DNA of 11,545 nt, taken from IMG/VR virus record IMGVR_UViG_2695420540_000010, one strand, 5' to 3'. This document shows positions 1 to 8,462 of this stretch, one piece after another (position 1 is the stretch's first letter; each line of letters begins with the position of its first letter). Both the position numbers and the translations under genes were made by a program. This DNA is from a virus. Lineage: Duplodnaviria; Heunggongvirae; Uroviricota; Caudoviricetes. The notes under the pieces are model-generated. The model searched no databases, was not told the DNA's origin, and saw only the letters and a list, made by a program, of their open reading frames with translations.

Positions 1-116
1 TGGTAGTGTCCGCTATTGCCAGTACACCTCAGGGTATAAGGGGTTATGGCCACCGGACTACCAAACGGCTGCCAGCCCTCTTTCAGTTTATGTGTCAGCT
101 TTTCCGCAAGATCTGA
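1..116 (+). pseudogene. Truncated 5' fragment of a paralog of the 76-aa ORF at 11315..11545 (start codon lies just outside the window)
   Basis: Frame 3 reads VVSAIASTPQGIRG... to a TGA at 114-116. The first 10 codons match the N-terminus MVVSAIASTP of the ORF at the opposite end, then diverge. Bases 1-31 are the exact reverse complement of 11514-11544. Confidence 0.3.
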
Positions 117-418
117 CGGCGGCGCCGCCCTGACAACATCATAGTGTTTAAATGCCATGGTTCTTTCCACCATCTGAAAAATAATTCTTTAAAATACCTG
201 ACATGTAATACAGAAAAAACACAAAACCATACCTTAAATAAAAACCTGATTATCAAGCAGATATGCATGGATAAACTACAAGACGAGATATAAACCACCC
301 TGCATTTAAATAAACAATAAACAACATCAGAAAAATAATTCTGCTCTATGGTTTACATTCAAAAATATCATTTATACTTTTCAGAACATCACCAGCAAGG
401 CATAAACAAGGAAACTAA

Positions 419-754
419 ATGAAGTGGATTGTGATTGATACAGTTATCCAGCCATCATGCGGAATATCTTTTTCAGTCATATGGAGTAAAATAAAATTAA
501 TAATCTGGTATCAATCGGATGCTTTCTTACCTCCTGAAAGTATATTTACACTGACTCACACAGGCATCATGCTCAATAACAAAGTGCTACCTGTAACCAT
601 TTACAACGTAGTACCATTCAATAAAACATTCTGGAATTCAATCAAAAATAGCCAGGAATGCCCTACAAATACAGATAACGTATTGAATGAATGCTTTAAT
701 AACCGTTGCACTCTGCAAATATGTCCTTATGGACTAAAACAACAAAGTCCATAA
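419..754 (+). CDS. Hypothetical 111-aa protein in an AT-rich island, opposite in orientation to the rest of the region; possible moron/cargo gene
   Basis: ATG start with AGGA about 8 nt upstream (acaaggaaactaaATG). Local GC roughly 32-38% by hand count of two lines, against about 50% elsewhere. Five Cys residues. No family recognised. Confidence 0.4.
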   Translation: MKWIVIDTVIQPSCGISFSVIWSKIKLIIWYQSDAFLPPESIFTLTHTGIMLNNKVLPVTIYNVVPFNKTFWNSIKNSQECPTNTDNVLNECFNNRCTLQICPYGLKQQSP

Positions 755-790
755 GGAGTTTACTCACATCTGACAAAATCAATATAAACA

Positions 791-1010
791 GCCCCTCCGG
801 AGAGGGGCTGGAGAGTGGCGCTATGTGCCATTGCATGGTGCCGGGTGCCTCCCGGTGAATTCAGTACCAGCACCTGAATCCGCGATTATCCCATATACCT
901 ACTCGCTGATTGCCCCTCCGCACAGGGGGATTCACCATGCCAGTTTCTTTTAACAAACTCCCCGCAAACCAGACAACAGTCAACCGCCTGAATTGTGAAG
1001 TATTTAAAAA
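791..1010. repeat. Copy A of a ~220-bp repeat (near-identical to copy C at 2414..2635)
   Basis: Direct comparison: the sequence from gcccctccggagagggg through ggtgccgggtgcctcccggtgaattcag and cccctccgcacagggggattcaccatgcc to tttaaaaa recurs with only a few substitutions. Confidence 0.85.
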
Positions 1011-1201
1011 TTTCTCCCGCTAACTGATACCCGGCTAACAGTCTGGCGTTTTCTTTTTCAGCAACGGGAAAGCAACAACCACCACACCCGCCACCAGCAC
1101 ACCGTCAGCCAGCACTGACATTATCCGGCTGCTGCAATGCCATTCACAAAAACAGTAAGCAATCACTTTTTACCGTAACAGGTGATAATCCAGATATGTA
1201 T

Positions 1202-1528
1202 CTACCCCAGATGAGTAATCCGAAGTTCATCCATACCACAGGTCCTGGCTATTCTGTTGTACTCCTGAACAAGAGCAAATAATTCTGAATTAGCAACCAT
1301 GAACTCATCGCAAACCCTCTGTATAGCATCACTATTCAGAATAATAACGTCTCTTCCCGAAAGACGATCAGGAGTACAGAACAAAACTGTCAAACGGCTG
1401 AAGGCCTTTGCTCGTGCTGCATTGACTATATCAATACGCTGCCTAAGGATGAAACACCCCGACGCCTCATCAATATTCACTCTACCCACACCATATGAAT
1501 GATAAATATTTAATGCTGAAAAAACCAT
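1202..1528 (-). CDS. Hypothetical protein (108 aa from the ATG; the track ORF extends to a TTG at 1555)
   Basis: Open frame on the late-transcription strand between the tRNA-Arg copy and repeat A. No convincing Shine-Dalgarno for either start and no recognised family. Confidence 0.3.
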   Translation of the reverse strand: MVFSALNIYHSYGVGRVNIDEASGCFILRQRIDIVNAARAKAFSRLTVLFCTPDRLSGRDVIILNSDAIQRVCDEFMVANSELFALVQEYNRIARTCGMDELRITHLG

Positions 1529-1665
1529 TAGACCGTATAACAAACACTCAATCAATACTTAACAGAACTTTTATTTTTGACAAACATAAAATATTTTCAA
1601 CAATATCCTGAGCCAGGTATATTTCAGTATAAGGCTCTGCCGGAAGGAATCTGGAAGAATGAATA

Positions 1666-1742
1666 TGGCGCGCTGTACTGGATTCGAACCAGTGACCGAT
1701 TGCTTAGAAGGCAATTGCTCTGTCCGGCTGAGCTAACAACGC
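1666..1742 (-). tRNA. argO: tRNA-Arg (anticodon UCU), second copy, beside a scaffold gap
   Basis: Reverse complement folds as a 77-nt cloverleaf: acceptor GCGTTGT, D-stem GCTC/GAGC, anticodon stem ATTGC/GCAAT with loop CTTCTAA, T-arm ACTGG-TTCGAAT-CCAGT, encoded CCA. Differs from the copy at 2668..2744 by one base (1673), giving a G-U pair at 4:69. Confidence 0.8.
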
Positions 1743-1885
1743 TGAATACCGATNNNNNNNNNNNNNNNNNNNNNNNNNNNNNNNNNNNNNNNNNNNNNNN
1801 NNNNNNNNNNNNNNNNNNNNNNNNNNNNNNNNNNNNNNNNNGCCAGCTGAAATATTACTTCACGTTTTATTGTTTATTCCTTGCC

Positions 1886-1914
1886 GCCCGCGTCTCCCAG
1901 CGCGGGCTTTTTTT
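1886..1914 (+). terminator. Rho-independent terminator on the plus strand
   Basis: 7-bp GC stem gcccgcg/cgcgggc with loop tctcccag, followed by seven T (1908-1914). Confidence 0.55.
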
Positions 1915-1918
1915 GCCC

Positions 1919-1944
1919 ACAAGAAAACCCCTCCGGAGAGGGGC
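1919..1944 (-). terminator. Candidate intrinsic terminator on the minus strand (hairpin at the start of repeat copy B)
   Basis: Palindrome cccctccggagagggg (6-bp GC stem, loop cgga) followed on the minus strand by ttttcttgtg. Confidence 0.4.
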
Positions 1945-2160
1945 TAAAGCCGCGTATCTGTATCATCATGCACATGGTGCCGGGTGCCTCCCGGTGAGTT
2001 CAGCCCGGTGCCACTAAACCCGCGTCATTCTCGTTTTGATAATCAGAGATTATACCGTCACCAGTCGCCCCTCCGCTCAGGGGGATTCACCATGCGAAAT
2101 TTTTTTAACAAATGCCCAGTCTGACAGGCAACTGTCAACTTACTGAATTGTGAGCAACAT
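1927..2160. repeat. Copy B of the ~220-bp repeat (divergent)
   Basis: Shares the blocks cccctccggagagggg, ggtgccgggtgcctcccggtga, cccctccgc.cagggggattcaccatgc and ctgaattgtga in the same order as copies A and C, with many substitutions and indels. Confidence 0.7.
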
Positions 2161-2189
2161 AGCATTTAACGGGGAACCTGTTTTCTGCA

Positions 2190-2218
2190 GTAAAAAGGCC
2201 CACCGGAGCGGATGGGCC
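2190..2218 (-). terminator. Candidate intrinsic terminator on the minus strand
   Basis: Hairpin ggccca-ccggagcgga-tgggcc followed on the minus strand by TTTTT (plus-strand A-run 2192-2196). Confidence 0.4.
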
Positions 2219-2405
2219 TGGAAGGATAGCGGTCATGTGATGCCGGTTTCCCGGTAACTCAGCACCGGTATCTGAGTCAACGTTTTCTCTACTGGGTCAT
2301 TTCCGATACGCCCTGCCTGCTGACAGGCTTTCATCACATCTGAAAATATAGCACCCTGACTGATACTGTAGTACCTAAGGTTCCAGAAACTGTGATGTAT
2401 CCGGC

Positions 2406-2430
2406 ACAGAAAAGCCCCTCCGGAGAGGGC
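2406..2430 (-). terminator. Candidate intrinsic terminator on the minus strand (hairpin at the start of repeat copy C)
   Basis: Near-palindrome gcccctccggagagggc followed on the minus strand by cttttctgtg. Confidence 0.35.
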
Positions 2431-2635
2431 TGGAGAGTGGCGCTATGTGCCATTGCATGATGCCGGGTGCCTCCCGGTGAATTCAGTACCAGCACCTGAA
2501 TCCGCGATTATCCCATATACCTACTCGCTGATTGCCCCTCCGCACAGGGGGATTCACCATGCCAGTTTCTTTTAACAAACTCCCCGCAAAACAGACAACT
2601 GTCAACCGTCTGAATTGTGAGACATTTAAAAAAAA
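2414..2635. repeat. Copy C of the ~220-bp repeat, immediately downstream (minus sense) of tRNA-Arg(UCU)
   Basis: Near-identical to copy A (791..1010) by direct comparison. Confidence 0.85.
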
Positions 2636-2667
2636 GGCCCGCAAAAGCGAGCCAGGGAAAATAAGTG

Positions 2668-2744
2668 TGGCGCGTTGTACTGGATTCGAACCAGTGACCG
2701 ATTGCTTAGAAGGCAATTGCTCTGTCCGGCTGAGCTAACAACGC
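2668..2744 (-). tRNA. argO: tRNA-Arg (anticodon UCU)
   Basis: 77-nt cloverleaf on the minus strand with a fully paired acceptor stem GCGTTGT/ACAACGC, anticodon loop CTTCTAA, T-loop TTCGAAT and encoded CCA. Confidence 0.88.
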
Positions 2745-2757
2745 ATGATGCAGATAA

Positions 2758-2834
2758 TGGACCGCCATCGGGGACTTGAACCCCGCGCAGCCAGCTTCGA
2801 AGGCTGGCGCTCTTTCCTGATGAGCTAATGGCGG
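2758..2834 (-). tRNA. argN: tRNA-Arg (anticodon read as UCG)
   Basis: 77-nt cloverleaf: acceptor CCGCCAT/ATGGCGG, D-stem GCTC/GAGC, anticodon stem CCAGC/GCTGG with loop CTTCGAA, T-arm CGGGG-TTCAAGT-CCCCG, discriminator U, encoded CCA. The argN name rests on its position in an ileZ-argN-argO-type trio. Confidence 0.8.
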
Positions 2835-2841
2835 TATGTGA

Positions 2842-2917
2842 TGGTGGCCCTTGCTGGATTTGAACCAGCGACCTGGCGATTATGAGTCGCTCGCTCTCAC
2901 CACTGAGCTAAAGGGCC
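2842..2917 (-). tRNA. ileZ: tRNA with anticodon CAU, most likely tRNA-Ile2 (lysidine type) rather than tRNA-Met
   Basis: 76-nt cloverleaf GGCCCTTTAGCTCAGTGGTGAGAGCGAGCGACTCATAATCGCCAGGTCGCTGGTTCAAATCCAGCAAGGGCCACCA. Closely resembles the E. coli ileX/ileY tRNA-Ile(CAU) sequence as I recall it. Confidence 0.8.
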
Positions 2918-2957
2918 GGGAGCCGCATAATAACGACGCGTAATTAATTCTTCAATA

Positions 2958-4016
2958 TCATCCGTTCTGGCTGACTAAATCCTGTACTTCCCGAACCGTC
3001 TGCTCAAAACGTTCAGTCTCCAGCTCAACGCCAATTGCACGACGCCCGAGCGCCAGTGCCGCTTTCACTGTCGAACCCAACCCCATGAAAAAATCTGCAA
3101 TCAGGTCACCCGGACGACTGCTAGCGCTGATTATCTGCTGCAGCATTTCTGCCGGTTTTTCGCACGGATGTTTCCCGGGATAGAACTGCACCGGTTTATG
3201 CGTCCACACATCGGTATACGGCACCTGCACCGTCACGCCAAAATACCGCCGCAGATGTTTATATTCACTCAGCAGCTCCGCATACTGCCGGTTCAGTGAG
3301 GTATACGTATCCACCAGCTGGTGGTGGAGCTTTTCCAGTTCACCACGCCGATGCTTCTCTTCTGCCACCCGGGCAAACAGCGCCTGTAATTTCAGATAAT
3401 CGCTTTCATTCGGCAACTGCCACTGACCGGCACTGAACCAGTGCGACACCATGTTTTTCTTTCCTGTGGCATCTGCAATCTGTTTTGCCGTTATCCCCAG
3501 GGCAGCTCGCGCATCACGAAAGTAAGAAATCAGCGGGGCCATCACATGCTGTTTCAGTGCACTGCCCTTCGCCGCATACCCGGCATCTTTCGGACGATAC
3601 GGCCCCTGATAATGTTCCGCGAACAGAATGCGCTCTGTGGCGGGGAAATACGCCCGCAGGCTTTCCTTGTTGCATCCGTTCCAGCGTCCGGACGGCTTCG
3701 CCCAGATAATATGGTTCAGCACACTGAAGCGTTCACGCATCATGATTTCGATATCAGATGCCAGGCGATGACCACAGAACAGGTAAAGACTTCCGGCAGG
3801 TTTCAGCACCCGCCAGAACTGCGCCAGACACTGGTCCAGCCACTTCAGGTAATCATCGTCGCCCTTCCACTGGTTATCCCAGCCCTCAGGCTTCACTTTA
3901 AAGTACGGCGGGTCCGTGACTATCAGGTCAACAGAATTTTCGGGTAACGACCGGATAAATTCCAGGCAGTCGGCGTTGATTAACTCACAACTGGATATTT
4001 TTACAGTATTAAGCAT
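2958..4016 (-). CDS. DNA methyltransferase, beta-class amino-methyltransferase (N6-adenine or N4-cytosine), apparently orphan
   Basis: 352 aa. Motif IV DPPY near the N-terminus (IVTDPPYF) and the SAM-binding FxGxG motif I near the C-terminus (DFFMGLGST), the circular-permuted order of beta-class enzymes. No restriction endonuclease candidate nearby. Confidence 0.8.
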   Translation of the reverse strand: MLNTVKISSCELINADCLEFIRSLPENSVDLIVTDPPYFKVKPEGWDNQWKGDDDYLKWLDQCLAQFWRVLKPAGSLYLFCGHRLASDIEIMMRERFSVLNHIIWAKPSGRWNGCNKESLRAYFPATERILFAEHYQGPYRPKDAGYAAKGSALKQHVMAPLISYFRDARAALGITAKQIADATGKKNMVSHWFSAGQWQLPNESDYLKLQALFARVAEEKHRRGELEKLHHQLVDTYTSLNRQYAELLSEYKHLRRYFGVTVQVPYTDVWTHKPVQFYPGKHPCEKPAEMLQQIISASSRPGDLIADFFMGLGSTVKAALALGRRAIGVELETERFEQTVREVQDLVSQNG

Positions 4017-4163
4017 GGATCATTAAGCCTGTCTCTGATAGGCTCATTCTGCTTTTGCGCAAAGCAGTGGGCCTGAGGTTTGCTTGTGAACCCAACGCAT
4101 GAGCAGATGGCTGGTGGGTGNNNNNNNNNNNNNNNNNNCCCCCACCAGCCGCCCATTTACCAC

Positions 4164-4191
4164 AAATAAAAAAGCCTTCACTGCGGAAGGC
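4164..4191 (-). terminator. Candidate intrinsic terminator on the minus strand, overlapping the stop of the 65-aa ORF
   Basis: Hairpin gccttc-actgcg-gaaggc followed on the minus strand by ttttttatttg. Confidence 0.45.
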
Positions 4192-4375
4192 GTCTGTAAC
4201 AACCGAACTGATAGTCTGCCAGACCCGCCATAACCAGCTGGGTCAGTATTAACTGGCAGCGTTCGCGTGAAAGGTAAGTATTCTGCGCTATCTCCCCGAC
4301 TGTCGCCGGTTCGGTAACGCTTAATTCATTAAACACCACTCTGGCGGTTTCTGTCATATCCTGCTGTTTTAGCAT
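4178..4375 (-). CDS. Small (65 aa) putative helix-turn-helix DNA-binding protein
   Basis: ATG start with GGAAAA about 5 nt upstream. Segment TVGEIAQNTYLSRERCQLILTQL looks like a helix-turn-helix. Sits between the Q candidate and the methyltransferase. Confidence 0.5.
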   Translation of the reverse strand: MLKQQDMTETARVVFNELSVTEPATVGEIAQNTYLSRERCQLILTQLVMAGLADYQFGCYRRLPQ

Positions 4376-4495
4376 GTCTTTTCCTTTTCCGGTTAACGTG
4401 ACACACCAATAACTCTTGTCGAAAAAGCCAGCAAGCTGAAAGACAGGTATTCACCGCCACCAGCGCGTTTACTGTACTGACGCGATTTCAGTCAT

Positions 4496-4517
4496 AAAAA
4501 ACCCGCTCGGCGGCGGG
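4496..4517 (-). terminator. Intrinsic terminator about 40 bp downstream of the Q-like gene; candidate tR'-type site
   Basis: Minus strand reads cccgc-cgccga-gcggg followed by TTTTTT. Confidence 0.5.
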
Positions 4518-4558
4518 TTGTAGAAACTCTTCTAACGTCAGGCATAAAACGCCCATCG

Positions 4559-5314
4559 TTATGACGAATTTACCACAGATTCCGGAAAAATCAACCTAGT
4601 TACCTTTTTTAACTGCCGCTCAGCCCATGCTTCTTCAATATCAAACCGGGTCACCAGCGCATCATAAAATTTCTTAACTGTTTTTTCCCATGACGCGCGT
4701 GTTATCTGGTTTGTCACCTCGCATATAGCATTAAATGCCTCCGTTGATGGTAGTCTTTCATAGCCACGACCACCACAACGCTGGCAGTCTCTGATAACAG
4801 GCATACCACGTTTTACCGACTCTTCACGATGAATGGCGACACCACGCCCACGGCAATCCTTACAGGCGGTGGAAACCTCACCCTTTCCGCCACACTCCGG
4901 ACAGGCAACTTTTACCACCTCCCTGACTTTTTTCCATTCTTCCCAGTAAGACGGATACACACCTTTCGTACACTTTGCCCATACCGGCGGCTTACCATCC
5001 GGATACTGGATCTTGTTTGTAAAAACCTCGCTTTCAATAAATTTTTTTCCGTGACAGCAGGGGCACTGTTTTTTGCTCGCCGCGCTACGGGCATAATCTT
5101 CAAACGCATACGAAGCCATAATACGCATCACTGCCGGTTTTATTTCTGCCGGGAGTTTTCTTAACGCCGCCACGCGATCACACCGACTGAGTGCATATTC
5201 TGTCAGCAATTCTGTTGCCCGCTCTCTGTCATTCATACTAATGCCCATTTTCCCAAGGAACGCAGAAACCCCCATCTCAGCCCGATTCTGTGTCATGCCC
5301 TGCGCGGCCATCAC
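4559..5314 (-). CDS. Putative late-gene antiterminator Q-family protein (QuuQ/YdfT-like) with DnaJ-type CxxCxGxG zinc-finger repeats
   Basis: 251 aa (GTG at 5314, ATG at 5311). Lies downstream of rusA and upstream of a terminator and the tRNA cluster, the Q position in lambdoid phages. Contains CPCCHGKK, CPECGGKG, CKDCRGRG and CQRCGGRG. Family assignment is from context and memory. Confidence 0.5.
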   Translation of the reverse strand: MMAAQGMTQNRAEMGVSAFLGKMGISMNDRERATELLTEYALSRCDRVAALRKLPAEIKPAVMRIMASYAFEDYARSAASKKQCPCCHGKKFIESEVFTNKIQYPDGKPPVWAKCTKGVYPSYWEEWKKVREVVKVACPECGGKGEVSTACKDCRGRGVAIHREESVKRGMPVIRDCQRCGGRGYERLPSTEAFNAICEVTNQITRASWEKTVKKFYDALVTRFDIEEAWAERQLKKVTRLIFPESVVNSS

Positions 5315-5754
5315 ATCAGTGATACTCAGCGCATCTTTCGACGTTGAGGCCGATGCATCAGTCAGGCCGGGGGATTTTGGGGAGTAGTATTTCGGTAAAT
5401 CTTCNNNNNNNNNNNNNNNNNNNNNNNNNNNNNNNNNNNNNNNNNNNNNNNNNNNNNNNNNNNNNNNNNNNNNNNNNNNNNNNNNNNNNNNNNNNNNNNN
5501 NNNNNNNNNNNNNNNNNNNNNNNATGCGCATCACTACCGGTTTTATTTCTGCCGGAAGTTTTCTCAACGCCGCCACACGATCGCACCGACTGAGTGNNNN
5601 NNNNNNNNNNNNNNNNNNNNNNNNNNNNNNNNNNNNNNNNNNNNNNNNNNNNNNNNNNNNNNNNNNNNNNNNNNNNNNNNNNNNNNNNNNNNNNNNNNNN
5701 NNNNNNNNNNNNNNNNNNNNNNNNNNNNNNNNNNNNNNNNNNNNNNNNNNNNNN

Positions 5755-6097
5755 GGTAAATCTTCACCCCCAGACGTCCACCAGATACTGGCTGACCACG
5801 AACGATATTGATTTCATCAAACTGCTCATCGTCCATTAACACTCCCGCATGTGTCAGTGCATCCAGTGGTGCTTTCAGGATATTGTCCAGGTCACGACGG
5901 CGCTTATCCGGTGGCTCTGCAATAATCTTTATCGCCAGTCTTCCGGACAGGCTTAATTTCAGTCGCTGCTGACGGACAATAAGCGCCACATCCCGGCGAT
6001 AACGCTCACCGGCTTTTGATACAAAATATGTGTTGTCACGACGTCGCCAGTAAGTATTCACCGTCGGCGGATAAGGTAAAATAAACTCATGGCGCAT
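5755..6097 (-). CDS. rusA: Holliday-junction resolvase RusA (3' end lost in an N-run)
   Basis: N-terminus MRHEFILPYPPTVNTYWRRR and the motif PPDKRRRDLDN match the RusA family (E. coli RusA has PDRRRRDLDN). Start overlaps the upstream stop as TGATG. Confidence 0.75.
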
Positions 6098-6339
6098 CAG
6101 CGCAGCACCTCCTGCACCAGTTTTTCAAACTTTCCGACTCTGGTTTCCAGCTCTGCCACACAGTCCACCAGCTCATCTACTGCTTTCTGTGCGCGATGCT
6201 TCGCCTGCATCAGTTCCCGAAGCGCGGGTACCATATCTTTACGGATAGCGTCTTTTGTTATGCCCGTTTTTTCGAGTTGTTCAGCATGACGCAGCATTTC
6301 CTGCGCGTGTTTACGCAATTGTTCAGGGGTAAAAGTCAT
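6097..6339 (-). CDS. Hypothetical helical protein (80 aa from the ATG; track ORF starts at a TTG at 6354), translationally coupled to rusA
   Basis: Its stop overlaps the rusA start. Sequence is rich in E/K/R/L/A. No family recognised. Confidence 0.45.
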   Translation of the reverse strand: MTFTPEQLRKHAQEMLRHAEQLEKTGITKDAIRKDMVPALRELMQAKHRAQKAVDELVDCVAELETRVGKFEKLVQEVLR

Positions 6340-6565
6340 TGTCTGGTTGTTCAAAAGAAACGCTCCATCTTACTGCTGTCAGTTCGTTTATTACTGTATC
6401 TGCGCGGATTGCCGGGCTTCATGGGAGTGGAAAGCACCCGTGCACTTTCCTGGTCCACAGGCAGAAAATGTCCGTAGACTGGCCCCCTGAATCTCCAGAC
6501 AACCAGTATCACTTAAATAAGTGATAGTCTTAATACTAGTTTTTAGACTAGTCATTGGAGTACAG

Positions 6566-6679
6566 ATGATTGATGTCTTAGGGCCGGAGAAACGCAGACG
6601 GCGTACCACACAGGAAAAGATCGCAATTGTGTCAACGCCACGATGTTTGACCGTTATTTGCCATTTTCATGCCCGCTAA
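6566..6679 (+). pseudogene. Truncated N-terminus of an IS66-family-type transposase accessory gene (tnpA/orf1-like), interrupted after about 22 codons
   Basis: GGAG precedes the [25 protein letters not shown] fits the GPERRRRW-EEK-IV N-terminal pattern I associate with IS66-family orf1. The frame then degenerates and stops where the IS21-type sequence begins. Confidence 0.4.
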
Positions 6680-6688
6680 ATACTTTCG

Positions 6689-8245
<1,557 letters not shown>

Positions 8246-8260
8246 NNNNNNNNNNNNNNN

Positions 8261-8462
8261 GCTTATCCGGTGGTTCTGCAATAATTTTTATTGCCAACCT
8301 TCCGGACAGGCTTAATTTCAGCCGCTGCTGGCGAACAATAAGCGCCACTGCCCGGCGATAACGCTCCCCGGCTTTTGATACAAAATATGTGCTGCCACGA
8401 CGACGCCAGTAAGTGTTCACCGTCGGCGGGTAAGGTAAAACAAATTCTATGCGCTCGGTCAT
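8261..8462 (-). pseudogene. rusA: Second rusA copy, N-terminal 67 codons only, cut off by the N-run next to the IS21 element
   Basis: MTERIEFVLPYPPTVNTYWRRRGSTYFVSKAGERYRR...IIAEPPDK. Roughly 90% nucleotide identity to 5886-6097 by eye. Its ATG directly follows the upstream stop (TAAATG). Confidence 0.6.

Noticed and set aside
95-298. 67-aa minus-strand ORF
   Set aside because: Lies in AT-rich DNA, overlaps the plus-strand N-terminal fragment, has no RBS and has an odd composition. Likely a chance frame.
1299-1502. 67-aa plus-strand ORF
   Set aside because: Antisense to the longer minus-strand ORF at 1202..1528 and has no RBS. Not called, though the minus ORF is itself weakly supported.
1577-2017. 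146-aa plus-strand ORF
   Set aside because: Runs through the tRNA-Arg gene and the N-run at 1754-1841. Artifact of translating Ns.
1-2660. Possible stx toxin genes downstream of the ileZ-argN-argO-type tRNAs
   Set aside because: No minus-strand ORF of StxA size (~319 aa) or StxB size (~89 aa) with a signal peptide. The region holds repeats, terminators and short ORFs only.
780-2660. CRISPR array suggested by the repeated hairpin elements
   Set aside because: Only three copies, each about 220 bp, irregularly spaced and unequal in divergence. No short direct repeats with uniform spacers.
2483-2738. Track ORFs 2483..2716 (minus) and 2532..2738 (plus)
   Set aside because: Both overlap repeat C and the tRNA-Arg gene. 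The plus-strand frame is broken in repeat copy B, so it is not conserved as coding.
3441-3947. Plus-strand ORFs (168 aa, 74 aa) inside the methyltransferase gene
   Set aside because: Antisense to a well-supported CDS with clear catalytic motifs.
4376-4495. Late promoter pR' between the terminator and the 65-aa ORF
   Set aside because: Only weak -35/-10 candidates (tcgaca or ttgctg with poor -10 hexamers). Cannot be placed from sequence alone.
4829-5164. ORFs 4829..5164 (plus) and 4912..5109 (minus) within the Q-like gene
   Set aside because: Alternative frames of the Q-like CDS with no independent support.
5344-5839. Track ORFs spanning the N-runs (5344..5811, 5358..5576, 5362..5586, 5594..5839)
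   Set aside because: Composed largely of translated Ns.
6089-6609. Short ORFs around the IS66-type remnant and antisense to the 80-aa gene (6089..6289, 6196..6477, 6339..6524, 6391..6609)
   Set aside because: Overlapping, no RBS. The region is better explained as IS terminal sequence plus one real minus-strand gene.
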